From assembly GCF_009914755.1 (NCBI RefSeq), contig NC_060942.1: DNA of 64,000 bases; one strand, 5' to 3'. The notes below the pieces were generated by a model. It saw nothing but the letters and a program-made list of their open reading frames with translations, was not told where the DNA came from and searched no databases. The position numbers and the translations under genes were made by a program. Origin of the DNA: the human T2T-CHM13v2.0 reference genome, Homo sapiens. Of this stretch, positions 47,400 to 62,260 are shown piece after piece (the first letter of the stretch is position 1; each line of letters starts with the position of its first letter).

Positions 47400-48900
47400 A
47401 TATTTTGTGTATTCAATACAAGTCAGTTGTGAGCACTGGTCTATTTCTTCTGATTTCAGAATCCAAGCTGCCTGAGAAGGTACCATCTTAAAAGTCGACA
47501 ATCAGAGTGTCAAAAGGAAAAATATTACCACCAATTAAATGCTCCAGCACCGCATAAAATAGATTCCTTCAACTTCCAAATTATTGGCAAGATACACATG
47601 CTACTATGTGCTTGATGGGTGAAATTAGAAATTCTTGGTGAGTGAGTAGACTGATTCTCACAGTTCATTCTTTTGGCCCCTAAATATTTGACTTACTCCC
47701 TCATTCCCAAGCAAAATACTCTCATACCTTGCCTAAAGCAGAATATCTGAAATTCTAATCATTAGGTTTTGGGTTGTTAAGAGGTGTGGCTTTGTTTTCA
47801 AATGGAAAAAGGTCTGATTGTGAAAGAGAAAATAGGAAAGGAGAAACTGAATGAGTCTTCAATTGCAGCAGCTTGGTTTTATGGAACTTGAAAATTTCGC
47901 TATTGATTTCCTTAAAATTCTTCATACCCAGGCACTCTAGAGATAGTCCTTGTATAGCTATAGGATAGACATAACGATTTTGATGGATGCTGGTTGGTTC
48001 TAGCCAACAGAGAGGGAAACAATGACATGTTAGTTTAGAAAGTTCCGCATGACATCATTTGTTTTTAATAATAAAGAAATCAAATTTTAGAATAATTAAA
48101 TACTTTTTGGAAAAACTTATGATTAGTAATCTGTAAAACTGACATACGAAAAAGTAACATTAACATATCATTATATGCATGTGTGTGTGTGTGTGTGAGA
48201 GAGAGAGATAGATGAGAGAGAGGGAGAGAGACCTGCAGAGACTGAGAAAATGATATAGATAGGTAGCTGATAGATAGATAGAGAGAGAGAGAGAGAGATA
48301 GGTGATAGATGATTGACAGATAGATAAAGTTTGGTTGTGTAATTCATAACTCTAAGTCTTTTTTTTAGCAAAATGACTTTCTTTCACAACTGCATCATGG
48401 TTCCAAAGGGCACAACTGAACATAAAAACCATCAGCAATGATAAGATAATGCGTTATTTTATGATAAGATTCTACAAGTTTATCATCATGATACAAGCCA
48501 AACTTCTTCCCCAGATCTTTATTTATATGATTGGGAGAGTGGGGAAAGGTGGAATGTTAAAGACGTCTCTTGAATTATTTGTGTTTTTTTCAGCAAGTAT
48601 TATGGGTAAGCATGTACATAGCTTTGCTAATTCCTCCATTTTCTTCCCGCATTATTGGGAAAATACCACATGCCTACAGACCAAGCTTTAGGGCAATGAC
48701 TTACCGCCATCATATAAAACATTCATAATTGTTTCCTTGAGAGTTTCAAGACCCTAGTTCCCAAGGTCGTCTATTATCTGCACTTTGCCCTCTGACCATT
48801 TATCTGGTGCACTGGGATTGTCACTTCAAAGAACTGACCTTGCATTTTCATGATGCGACTGCATATGAAAAAGTAGAGAATTTTCCTTTAAGGATTAGTA
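47400..48900 (-). mobile_element. Possible very old MaLR LTR plus internal remnants
   Basis: ttcagaatccaagctgcctgagaaggtaccatctt; cttccaaattattggcaaga..catg resemble MLT1K/L-type LTRs; the following sequence only loosely resembles MLT-int. Confidence 0.3.
48180..48326. repeat. Compound microsatellite (GT)n(GA)n...(GATA)n(GA)n
   Basis: gtgtgtgtgtgtgtgtgagagagagagatagatgagagagag...tagatagatagagagagagagagagagagataggtgatagat. Confidence 0.9.
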
Positions 48901-49077
48901 AATTACAGGAGTAGAAATGAGGGAAAACTAATAATTGCTTCTAAAAAATGGTTATTTATTTATATTTAAGTTTCCATGGCTGAAATTTTAAAACAAACTG
49001 ACAAGGTTTGACAGATGCAAAACTGCTAGAAACTTTCATTACTACGTAAAGATGAATTATTTTTCTTTTTGTTCCAG

Positions 49078-49162
49078 GAAATACTCACCCTATGGGGGAA
49101 ATATGAGCTCATTTCAACCTAAAAAATCAATGGACCAAAAAGAAAAAGCAAAAGAAGAAGAA
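49078..49162 (+). other. Candidate exon (85 bp)
   Basis: ttatttttctttttgttccAG acceptor (49076-77), GAA|GTAAGA donor (GT at 49163-64), and a GAAGAAGAA purine-rich end. Confidence 0.25.
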
Positions 49163-50549
49163 GTAAGAAAAATGCAATGGGCCATATTTCATACAGGAAA
49201 ATGATACCACTGATACATTGTCAATAAGACGTATTCGTTGAACCTCTTTCTTTGAGGGAGAAAGTTTTCACTAAATTACCCACAGTTATTCATTTGACTA
49301 TTTTTTTTTCCAAAAAGTCATTCTTGATCTGGCCACATTTTTCTCTATGCAAATTAAATAATTTAACCTCATAAACTCCACTCTCTAATCCATTGATCCT
49401 CCAAGACTCACTAAATGCTTCACCTTCTCCATGTTATCTTACATGGATATAAAGTCCACTGAACTCTTGTATAGTCACACTCTGTCATCTAATATGCAAC
49501 ATGATGTTAATAATCTCATTTTATTTACTAACTGATAGTATGTTCTCTAAAACAAAGTGTGGAAAACATCTCAGTTTTTTGGATTGTCCATGGATACTCA
49601 ATATTGCCACAGGAACCCAAGACAATAGAGCCCAGAAAACATCCCAATAAAAGCAGCATGATTTTTTTCCGAGCAAGTGTCCTGAACTCCAAAATGGTTT
49701 TCTACCCAATCAGTTTGGAGTAAAAGCAAGAGTGAGCTGGAAAGGTCTGGGATGGAATAGACTGAATGATTGGCTGGTTGTTTTTCTGAGCCCAGCTCTG
49801 AGTCCCATTTGGCCTAATTGGGATGTGTCATCAAAGCAGATTTAGTCAGATACTTGATTTGCTACATTGTCTTTAAGAAAGTGGAAAATGTTACAAAAAA
49901 CTCTCCTTATGAAGCATTCCAGTGTCTGGCTCTTTCCATCTTCACCCGTTGAATCACTACGTCATAGGGAGTACACCAAATATAGATGCTCTTATTTAAT
50001 AATCTTTTCCTACAGTTTATTTACTTCATATGGAAACATTCATCCAAGTCTGAGCTAATGTATTTATATCTTTGCTTAGCCTTTTGTTGAGGAAGATCCT
50101 TAAGAGTAGGGACGAGGTCTGTTTTAGTTGCAATTGTATATCTACTAATTTACCACCTAATGTATCATACCATTACAATGAAAATGTGGTAAATAAGTGA
50201 GTATAAATACTGAACACTTGACACATATATTAAAGTTTCTCTAACTTATTGAGTTCTCTCTAGAATTTTTGGTGAACTCGTGCTATGCTTCCATATTACA
50301 TCATTTCACTTCCAGTAAATTGACTAGTTAGGGACCTGTGTTGTATTATAATTCTGTCTGTTCCTCTCAAAAAGTGATCAGGATAGGTATCAGATGAAGC
50401 TGCATGAAACCGTAAGAAATAACTATATTATTGTTTCTATTTGCCTAACCGGAATTGGTGAGAAGAACATCTTACATTAGTAATTTGAATGTTTTTTTGT
50501 CCATGTTGCTTACAGGAGCCGTTTTTCTTGGTCTTTATGATATAAGGGT

Positions 50550-50692
50550 ATGCACACCAGAATAAATTGAGAAGGTATCTATTATATACACATCTTTATC
50601 CAAAACCAGATCCTGAATTCAGATATTCAGGGGAGTAATTTGGTCTAGTGTATATTGAAAAACACCTTAAGTAATTCTGATAGGCACTATCA
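50550..50692. mobile_element. MER5B-like remnant
   Basis: tgcacaccagaataaattg..ccagatcctgaattcagatattcagggg..gtatattgaaaaacaccttaagtaattctgataggcac. Confidence 0.4.
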
Positions 50693-50747
50693 GACAAACA
50701 GAACTGCAATGAATGGATGAACAACAATTTATTTTATTTCCCATTTT

Positions 50748-51012
50748 TTAAAAATGTTACTTTAAAAAATTTTTGTGGGTACATAGTAAGTGTATATACT
50801 TATGGGGTACATAAGATATTTTGATACAGGCATGCAATGTGAAGTTAGCACATCATGGAGAATGGGGTATCCATCTCCTCAAACATTTATCTTTTGAGTT
50901 ACAAACAATCTAATTACATTTTTAAAAATATACAGTTAAGTTATTATTGACTATAGTCACCCTATTGTGCTATCATCTAGTAGGTCTTATTCATTCTTTT
51001 AGTACCCATTAA
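50748..51012 (-). mobile_element. L1MA1-3-like 3' end (265 bp) with 13-bp TSD
   Basis: tttttgtgggtacatagtaagtgtatatacttatggggtacataagatattttgatacaggcatgcaatgtgaa..catcatggagaatggggtatccatc. Perfect TSD TATTTCCCATTTT at 50735-50747 and 51013-51025. Confidence 0.92.
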
Positions 51013-51314
51013 TATTTCCCATTTTAAATCACTCCCAGATATATTGCTCAACATAGTTGATTTAATTAGTCTTTGAAAAGAATCGAGGTTTTAAAATTTT
51101 ATTTTGGTGTTTGTTGTTTGCTGCGAGGGTCTTTGTTTTTATTTATGAATAGCTGTTGGGGATTTGCTCATTCTCTTTATTTCGAACAATTTTTATTTTT
51201 ATCTTCATTGATTTTTTTCTTACCCCACACCTTAGGTTTATTTTGTTATTGCTTTTTTTAATTGAATAAGTGCATATATTTTCATTTTTTCTTCTGTCAT
51301 GGTTATTTTTCTTT

Positions 51315-51878
51315 CTTTTTATTTCTTTTGCTGTTATAACAAATAACAACAAACAGGGGATAACACAATGCAAATTTATTATCTCATAGTGTTGTTAGTC
51401 CAAAGTCCAGGGGGCTCAGTGGTGCACTCTGCTTAGAGACTGATGAGGTCAATCTCAAGGTGTTCGCTGGCCTTGCTAGAGGCTCTGGGAAAGCAACCAC
51501 TCTAGTCTCATTTAGCTTTTCAGAACTCAGTTTCATGTGGTGTTAGGATTTGGGTCCCTGTTTCTTTGATAGCTGTCACCCATGGATCATGTTCAGCCTC
51601 TAGATGTTGTCCACTTTACCTGGCTCATGAGCTCCTTCATCTTCAAAACTACCAGTGTGAGTGAAATCCTTTCACACTTTTCATCTTTCTGACTTCCACT
51701 TCTGCTTCATCTCTCCTGCCTCCAGCTGGAGAAATTTCTGTGCTTTCAGGACTCATGTGATTAGTTTAGACCTACATTAAATGCACTAGCAAAGTCTCTA
51801 CTGAGTCTAACTTACCATATTAACAGGTTTCAGTGACTAGGACATACATAGTTTTAAGGGACTATTCTGCCTACCAAA
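51315..51878 (-). mobile_element. MLT1D/E-family MaLR solo LTR
   Basis: gctgttataacaaat..aatttattatctcatag..tcaaggtgttcgctgg..tagaggctctggga..cttcatcttcaaa..ggactcatgtgattag..actattctgcctaccaaa. Confidence 0.82.
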
Positions 51879-53116
51879 GTCCTTAACCTTAAAACCATAT
51901 AAATTCATCAAAAACTTATAATTGTATTTATTACTCTAATATCAATCCTCTCATGTGTCTCAGAGTTCTAATGATTCAGTAAGTTAACCAATTATGAACA
52001 CCCACAAAATCTAGAAGTCAGGACCAATTGTGGCATAAGCTATGTGCCAATTCTTTTAAACAGTATCATTTTCAAAATAAAACCACTTTTCCTGTAACCC
52101 AAGACATCATAAAAGTTAGGCCAACAGTGCTTGATTTAACTGACATAAATAATTTGAAAAAAATACAAAAGAAAATAATAGAAAAAGAATGCCTTCATAT
52201 TTTCACCTGTTCAGTCCTTGTGAAAAGTTTGTATAAACTTAAAAATCAAATAAGGCAACACTCCCATCCAAAGGTTTTATTTTCTATTTCAGTTGTGATT
52301 GGGGACATTTTTCATGAAACTGTCTAACAAATTATTGTTATATAGAGATGTTATATTTACTTCATGAAGAGACAACCTACATATTTATTTGTTCAAATGA
52401 AGATTTTTATTATTTTGGTGTTTTCAGGTAGAATATCATATAATCTGGAAACAATAATTTGCGTCAGCTCCTCACTATCTATAATTATTATTTTATAATG
52501 TAATTACATTAGATGTGCCTAAAAATGTTATACAAAGTGTTTTAAGCAGATATGTGCTTGTTCTTATGGTTTGAGCAGATTTTATATTATTTTTAGAGTT
52601 TTGGGGAGATATATGTAAATTTTATCAAATGCCTTAGGAACCTCTTGAGAAGATAGTTATTTTTCTCCCTTAGGCATATTAAAATGATAAATTACACTAA
52701 TAGAGTTCTCTTTTGCTTGAGATTAAAGTATCTTTGTTTGTTGTACATCATCTAGGGAGATTAATTCATTTGGCAATATTTTATTTAGGATTCCTACATC
52801 TATTATGGAGGCTTCTTTTTTAACTTGTATCTTTGCAGAATTTGCTATCACTGTATCCAACCCATTTGCTAACTAAATGTTGCTTAATTAAAAATATATT
52901 TATATATATATATGTGTGTGTGTGTTTCCTACTTATTCAAAGCTCTTGTAAAGTTTGAATCACATGAAAATTATATATTATTTTAAATGCCTTCATAATT
53001 CAAAGTGTGGCCCTCTGAAATAATCTGGATTTCAGTCTGGAGATTTCATCTGGAGAAAGAGCTTGTACATTAAGTAATCCTCTTCCATTTCGCCCATGGG
53101 TATTATAATATTAAGA

Positions 53117-53824
<708 letters not shown>

Positions 53825-56159
53825 ATATATCATATTTCTTGAATTTTATTGAACTTGAGTTACCATCAGTTGCAATACACATCATTGCTCTATGAATTTT
53901 CTAAGAAAAAAAGATACTGTCAGTTAATTGATGACACATTTTACATTTTTTAATTTCCTAATATTTTATTGTCCATTTAGTGGAAGTTTTTTTCTATTTA
54001 TGTAGATGTATATCCTATATCTTTTGTGCATGTAAAAATATAAATAAATGAATTTCATAATTCCTAAAATATTTTCATATTCAAAATATCTTTTGAATAC
54101 CTTTTGACCCTGAAACATCTATACAATTATTTTAATCATATAGTATAATCTTCTGGGTGCCTAAGAATATTAATAATGCAGTATTTCTTTACAAAATTCT
54201 TTTCTGTTGTAGCTAGGTTTTTTTTTTTCCAAATGACTGACAAACATTCTAATAGCTTTGTTGCTGGCTTTTATTTAATCTTCCAAGAGGTGTCAATGAG
54301 AAGTTTTTAGAGAACAACCGAGACACACAATTCTTTCTCAAACTTGCTCAAACAGTTGGTTGAATAATAAAAGCAGACAGTGGAGTATTTCAATCACGCC
54401 TCTAGGAATAACAGATAAGTTTGCTCATGCACAAGGTTATGACAACTATTACAATTATTGTTAGGCTTATACCAAACAAATTGATTATAAGATTCATCTT
54501 GCTGGTAAAGATATTAAAATTTGAACATAAGTGCATCTTAGGATGGCTTAAGTGCAGTTATTTTGTTTTCTTTAAAATCATGCATTTTCTTGAGATCATC
54601 TGTTTTCAATGAATGTTGTACATTGTAATTTGTGAATTTTCTAATTATCATTGTTCATCTCTTTTAAGTTTTCATTGTTCTTATTTGAATTTTATGTATT
54701 TTTTCTAAGATAAACAGACTTTTTTTTATTGTTTCAGAAACCTAATTTTGGACTTAGTTTTCAGTTTAATAGTTTGTTATTGTTTCTGCTTTTTGGTAAT
54801 CCATTGACTTCTGCCTTTTTACATTAATTTACTCCTCCTGTCTACTTGTTGTTTCTGATGGTTTTTACAGCTACTTGATTTAAACAATTTAAAAAGTTAT
54901 TTTGTCTTATTTAATAAAAATTTTAAAAGATATATTTTAACTTTTTTTAACTTTCTGTTTTGATGAAAATTTGTTTACATTTATTCATAATTATATCAGT
55001 ATTTGAAAAAACCATCTGGTGCAAATTATCCTTTAGGTATGAAATTATAATTCATGGAGAATTATAATCTTCCCCTTCAACCATGATGTCAAGTTATTAT
55101 ATGGTGAAGTAAGAGAGAACTCTATGTCTTCTGTGACTTTGGATGAATTATTCAATCTATTTAATATCTTTTTTAAGGTAAAATTGATACTAATAAAAAC
55201 ATTAAATAACATGATGCATAAAAGTTGCTCTATAAATAATAGCAATTGTTATTTTTTGACTTTATTGTATGTGGAAGATATTCATTCCTGCTTTCTAGCT
55301 CTGATACTGTATTTCTCTTTACTATATAACTTTTTGATAATTTGATTAAGGATATAAGATGTATATAAAAGGGAGAAAGTCGAAATTTATAATTTAGTTT
55401 GTGATTTCGAACTAAATAGAAAATTTGCTTATATATTTTGAGCACATAAATATAGTTTATTGCCTATTGTTTTTAGTCAGATCCTTTCTCCTTTTCCTCC
55501 CAACTTTATCTACACTGTTAAAATGTGGAAACATATATTCAAGTTCACTTGTTAGTCTCTGCTGTGCTTGGATAGAGATGGTGATGCAGCAGGTACTCAA
55601 TGAATGTGTATTGAGTTAAACCATGACCAAAGTAGTTAAAACAGAAATTTTCCTCCTCAGCATTCATACTCTGATTTAGTCTCAACCTAAATGAATAGTG
55701 CAGTAGAATCACTGCCTTCTCAGGCCTGTTTCTAGGAGGCATGTGAAACATATCAGAGTTTCAACCCTGTTCCCAGTAGACAAGTATATAGATCACAAAA
55801 CACATTCATATGCCTTTCTAGTTGTCAGTCTATGCAGAGGATCTAAGAATGGAATAGGTCCCAAAGGCAAAACTATCTTCTCATTTTCAGTGGCAACTAG
55901 GGCCAAGGTTGAAGCAGACTAACAGAGGTGGTACAGGGCTAGTGCAATTGTCCTCTGGAGAAAAAGAAATTCATTTTCAAGACTTGTCAGTCACCCTCAT
56001 GAAAGCTGTATCTACTCTTCTTAAAAGAAAAAAAATATTAAACTATATGATTTTCAGATATTTGGTTTTAGAATGACCAATTTTCAATGAGCTTTAATAT
56101 GTGTGATTCAACAAGTAAAGTAGCCGTAGCCTTAGGAGAAGATGTTATTGTGTGTGTAA

Positions 56160-57220
56160 CTTTTTTAAAACATTATTTCAAATACTGAAAACTTAAGAAT
56201 AATACAGGAAAATTTCTTATACATTTCCACCCCCCAACAAAATAACCAGTTGTTTACATATTGCCTCATTTTTTAAATCACTATCTCTGCATCTGCATGT
56301 GTGTGTGTGTGTGTGTGTGTGCCTGTGTGTATGTACACATATTTCTGTTTAAAACAATTTGAGTGTACAATTATCACATTATAAACATATACCACTAAAT
56401 ATTTCTATTTAGTTTTAAAGAAAAGGGTATTCTATCCTATTATCCACGTACTATTAACAAAATCAGAAAATGTAGCATTAATCATAATGCTATTATCTAA
56501 CCCACAGCCTATGTTTATTATTTTAAAATTTGTCTCAGTATTGTTCTCTATAACTGTTCTTCTTTGATTCAGGAACACACATTAAATTTAGTTTTCATGT
56601 CTTCTTATATTTTTAATCTCAACATTTCTTTTCTTTCTTAACCTTGATAATTGTACAAGATCAATTGCTTTATAGGTTTTCCCACAATATGGGTATCTTT
56701 GTCATATCCTGATTAGTATATTTAGTGTTTATATTTTAGGCTGGATGAACACAGAAATGTGATACTTTCTCATAAATCATATGAGAAGACACATCATATT
56801 AGTACTGCTACTTTAATGATTTTATTAAGGTGAGAGTCCAACTCATTTCTTACATGGAAATTATGATTTTTCTCTTTTGTAAAAAATAATTTGTATGGAA
56901 ATAATTGAGACTATGTAAACATCTTCTTTCTAATTAAACTTTTGCCAACTAATTTTAACAAGCATTGAGGATTTCCTATCATTTCTTGTGTAATTATTAG
57001 TTGATATTCTACTGTAAGAAAGATATTTACCTTTCCCTCTATTCATTCATTAATTCATTTATTCATCAATTTATATTAATATGGTCTTATTGATTTCTAT
57101 TTTGTGCAATGGATCATACTTTATGGAATTATTATTTTATTAAAGATGAAATTGCCCTATATTTGACAAGTGTTTGCTGTTTCAAGTTGATTTCTGTTTT
57201 CTTCTCATATTGCCTATCTT
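56160..57220 (-). mobile_element. L1MC4/L1MC5-like 3' end, containing (GT)n at ~56298-56330
   Basis: aagggtattctatcc..ccacgtactattaacaaaatcagaaaatgtagcattaat..ctattatctaacccacagcctatgtt; aattgagactatgtaaacatcttctttc; attgccctatatttgacaagtg..tttcaagttgatttctgt. Confidence 0.72.
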
Positions 57221-57394
57221 CTAAGCTCTTTCTTAAGAAAGCATTCATTATTATCTTTTTATTTTCATTATTTATCAATCTCTGCTCCAACAGTGACAAA
57301 TTTGACCCCCAATAGAAAGTGATGCCAACATTACTGCAGATAAGATTATTACCCTGGCTTCACTACTCTCCATAGGAGTCCAACTAGCAATTAT

Positions 57395-60300
57395 TCACAA
57401 GGGATCATAACATGCTAATAGAGAAAAGCACTTAACCACAAAGGAAGACAGTAGGAGAAAAATAAATAAAAAAAGGTGATCTTCAAAACAGCTAGAAAAT
57501 AATTAACAAAATGTCAGTAATAAGTAAGTTTTTGCCTATCACTAATTATCCTGAATGTAAATGAATTAACTTCTCCAGGTAAAAGACAGAATAGAGTAAC
57601 TAGATGGATAAAGAAACAAGACTAAACTATATGCTGCCTGCAAGAGATTCACTTTATCCGCAAAAACACACAGAAACTGTAAGGGAAGGAATGCAAAAAA
57701 AATATTTCATGCAAATGGAAACCAATGTAATGGAGGAGTAGTTATACTTATATCAAATAAATTAGACTTTAAGTAAAAAAACTGCAAAAGGAGACAAAGA
57801 AGGCCAGTGCATATGATAAAAAGTCAATTTGACAAGAGGATATACAGTTGTACGGTTGTTACTATACATTAACTCAATCCAGAGCACCTAAATATATAAA
57901 GCAAATAGTAAATAGATATAAATGGAGAGAGAGACTTCAATAATAGTAGAGGATTTCAACATCTGACTCTCAGCAATAGACATTCAGACAAAAAAAAAAA
58001 CAACAACATACATTGGCCCTAAATGGAACTCTAGACCAAATGGACCTAACAAGCATTTATAGGACATTTCAACCAATGCCTGGTGAATACCCATTATTTT
58101 TAATTGCATTTAAAATATTCTCTAAGATAGATCATATGTTAGGTCACAAAACGAACCTAGTAAATATAAGAAGACTAAAATCCCACCAAGTATCTTTCTT
58201 TTCTACCACAATGATATAAAGCTAAAAAAAAAAAACAATAGGAGGATATTTGGAAACTTGGCAAATACATGAAAATGTAATAACTGCTTCTTAATAACCA
58301 ATGAGTTAATTTAAAAAATGAAAGAAAAATTTTTAAAAATTGAGACAAATGAAAGTGAAAATACATATTCTAAAATAAATGGGATACAAAAAAGTAATTC
58401 TAAAAGAGCAAAGTTTATAACAATAAATGTCTACATTAAAAAAATTCAAATAACCTAACACTGACCCTCCAGTAACTAGAAAAATAAGAACAAATTCAAT
58501 CCAAAATTAGTAGAAAGAAAGAAATATTTAAGAACAGAGAAGAAATAAATAAAATACAGAGTAGGATAATGTACAGAAAATTAAAAGTTAAAATTGACAA
58601 ATTTTAGCTAAACTAAGAAACAAGAAGACTCACATAAATAAATCAGAAGTAAAAAAGAGACACTGAAACCACAGAAACACAAATAATCATAGAAGACTAT
58701 TATGAACAATGATACTCCAGCAAACTAAATAACCAAGAAATAATGGATGAATTTCTAAACACATACAACCTACCAAGATTCAATTATAAAGAAATAGTAA
58801 ATCTGAAAAGATTAAATAAGAATGAGGAAATTGAGTCAATAATAAAATGTCTCTTATCAAAGAAAAGTCCAGGTTTTTGATGGCTTCATTAGAGAATTCT
58901 ACAAAGCATTTGAAGAATACCAGTTCCCAAATTATTTCAAAAAATTGATGAGGAGGGAGTACTCTAAATTCATTCTGCAAGTCCATATTTACCTTGAGGC
59001 CTAAAGCAGACAAAGACATAACAACAACAACAACAACAACAACAACAAATTTACAGACTAATATTATTGTCGAACTTAGATGCAAAAATCCTCAATAAAT
59101 TGCTAGTAAATGGAATTCTACAGCATATTAAAAAGATTTTTTACCTATTTCAAGTGAGACTCATTCCAAGATGCAAGGATGGTTCAACATATTCACATCA
59201 ATAAACATGATATATCATAGTAAGAGAATAAAGAACAAAAACACATGATCACTTTCATAGATACAGAAAAAACATTTGGTAAAATTCAATATTCATATTG
59301 AGTTTACATTTATATCCTTTAATAATAAAATCTCTAAAAAAATCGGCACAGAAGGAATGTACCTGAACGCAATAAAAGCCATATGTGACAAACTCACAGC
59401 TAACATCATACTGAACAGGAAAACGTTGAAAGGATTTCCCTTAATATCTACAAGACAAGGATGTCTACTTTCACCACATTTATTCAGAATACTAGTGGAA
59501 TTCCTAGCCAAGGCAATTAGGCAAGAGAAATAAATAAAAGATATCCAAACTGGAAAAGAGGAATTTAAGTTGTTCCATTTGCAGATGAAAGGATTTTATG
59601 TATAGAAAACTCGAAAGACTTCATCAAAAAACTGTCAGATACTGTGAACAAATTCAGTAAAAATGCAGGATTCGAAATCAACATCCAAAAATCAGTAGTG
59701 TTTCTATAAACTCATAGAAAACTATCTTTAAAAGTAGTCCAGAATGTAATCTTATTTATAATAGCTATAAAAATACCTAGAAGTAAATTTAAGTGTGAAG
59801 GGAAATATCTCTCTTATGCAAATTATAAAACGTTGATTAAATAAACCAAAGACACAAATAAATGGAAAGATATCTCTTGTTTATAGCATCTCTTGTATCT
59901 CTGTTACACTGGTTTGGACATGGATTTTTGGGATAAGACCTGAACACACAGGTGATAAAACAAAAAAGGACTAATGGGATTCCATCAAACTAAAAACTTC
60001 TGCACAACAAAGGAAGCAATCAACAGAGCATAGAGACAACCTCCAGAATGGGACAACATATTTGCAAAATGTGTATCTGATAAGGGGTTAATATCCAAAA
60101 TATGTAGAAAACTCAAACAACTCAATAGCAGAATAAACAACCAACCTAATTAAAACATGATCGAAATTCCTATATAGACATTTTTCAAAAGAACACATAA
60201 CAATTGCCAACAGGTATATGAAAAACTGTTCAGTATCTCAAATCATCAGAAAAACACAAATCTAAACCCAAAATGAGATCTCAGCTCACTCAAGTCAGAA

Positions 60301-61105
60301 TGGCTATTATTAAAAAGGCCACCTTCCAAAAATAACGTGCTGAAAAGGATATGGAGAATAGGGAGCTCTTACACAATGCTGTTGGAAATGTAAATTAGTG
60401 CAACCATGATACACAATAGTACAGAGATTTCTCAAATAATTAAAAATAGCAATACTATCTGATCCACTAATTACACTAACAGGTACACATCCAAAATAAA
60501 TGAAATTATTGAAGAAATGTCTGCATCCTCATGTTTATTGCAGCACTATTCATAATAGCCAAGATATAGAATCAACCTAAGTGTTGATCAGTGTATGAAT
60601 CGATAAAGCAAATGTGGAATATATGCACAATAGAACACTATTCAGCCATAATAAAGAAAAAAATCCTGTCATTTGTGGCAATATGGGTGAACCTAGAGGG
60701 CATTATGTTAAGTTAAATAAGCCAGGCACAGAAAGACAAATACTACCTGATCTCACTCATAAGGAAACTATAAAAAATGATTCTATAGAAACAGAGTAGA
60801 ATAGTGGTTTCCACAGGGAGGGAGAAGAAGAGGTTAATCAAAGATACAAAAGAAGATAAGAGGAAAAAAATTCAAGATATCTATTGTACAGCAAGGTGAC
60901 AATAACGATAATTTATTGTATTCTTGAAAAATGCAAAGGGAGTGGATGTTAAGTGCTCTTATCATGAAAATGATGCCCATGTGAAATAATGCAAGTGTTA
61001 ATTAGCTAGATGTAATGACTCCATGCTATATATATACTTCCAAACATCATGTGTACAAGAAAAATACATATGTTACCTTTAACATTTAGAAAATAAAACA
61101 AACAC
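57395..61105 (+). mobile_element. L1MA5-like element, ~3.7 kb: inter-ORF region, decayed ORF2 (EN, RT), 3'UTR; internal deletion near 59887
   Basis: Endonuclease remnants (ctatatgctgcctgcaagaga; LDQMDLTSIYRTFQP..FSKIDHMLGHK), RT remnants (GMYLNAIKAICDKLTANIILN..TRQGCLLSPHLF..LAKAIRQEK; tttgcagatga), and 3'UTR cttgaaaaatgcaaagggagtggatgttaagtgctct..aattagctagat of L1MA5 type. Confidence 0.9.
59020..59048. repeat. (AAC)n microsatellite inside L1
   Basis: About 9 AAC units; source of the poly-V in ORF 58780-59085. Confidence 0.92.
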
Positions 61106-61697
61106 AAAATATAACTCCCACTAACCTTGATATTTTTATTTTCTTAAAACCAGAATGAACCTAAAATAGTTTCTAATTGTTAAACAATCCCATCACTTAA
61201 CTGGAAAAGCAAACCTACAAACTAAAAGTACTGTAATGGTTAACGTTACAAAAACATCACTTTGAAATTAAAATAGACCTACATAAGCAAAGGGGTATTT
61301 TACAGAGTTAAGTATATAAATTTTGCACATGGTTTGTTAAATTTATATATAGCTGTTTTATGGTTTTGATGTTATGGTACATAATATTGTTTTATATTTT
61401 ATTTTCAAATTGTCTATTCCTAGTACATATAAATAATTTTTTGCATATTGTCCTACTATTCTGTGACCTTGCTAAATTCACTTATTTGTTCTAAAGTATT
61501 AATAATTGCTTTGCAGTTTTCTTATAAATTTTTAAAATCATGTTATCTGAAAATAAAATTTTTACTTCTTCCTTTTCCAAAATTTATGCTTTTATTTTGC
61601 TGTCTTTCTTCATGTTATCGCGTAGGGCCTTCAGAATAATACAGAATAGGTGTTTCAAAATTAGATAACTATTTTGTATTTGATCTTAGAAGGGAGG

Positions 61698-62260
61698 TGT
61701 TCCAGTTACTACTACTGCTTTATAATCCACTCCAAAATGTAGGATAAAACAAATATTGTATTACAATCACAGATTTCCTTGGTCAGGAAATTAATCAAGG
61801 TACAATGGATGTGGGTTATGTCTGTTCTACAAATTTCAGGGGCTTTTGCAGGGAAGACTCAAGGCTGAGGAAAACTCTACCAATAGTGACTATAATTATC
61901 TTGATGTGTTTTTCACTCACATGTCTGATGTTTAACTTTTAGCTTTGTCAGCTGGGGCCTCTGCTGGGACTGTTAACATGTGCACCTACACAAGACCTCT
62001 TCCTGTTCCATAAGCATCAACAGCATGAGAGCTGTAGAGTAATCAGATTACTTTTCTAGGCCCTCAGTGATGGAAAAGCACAGATCGCATTCAGCAAGGC
62101 TAGCAAATCCTTTATGACTTTTGGAATTAAAATAATATAACTTCTACTTTACTATATTGGTCAATGCACTTACATACTGGAAAATATTTAAGGGGAGGGA
62201 TACAGACTTCACCTCTGGATGATACAGGTCAGGTTGCAGAAAGTATGTGGATGGAAAATG
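61698..62260 (-). mobile_element. MLT1F/G-like MaLR LTR
   Basis: ccagttactactactgctttataatccactccaaaatgtag..cacagatttccttggtcaggaaatt..gggaagactcaaggctg..ttcactcacatgtctg..gggcctctgctgggactgt..ggggagggatacagacttcacctctggatg. Confidence 0.7.
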
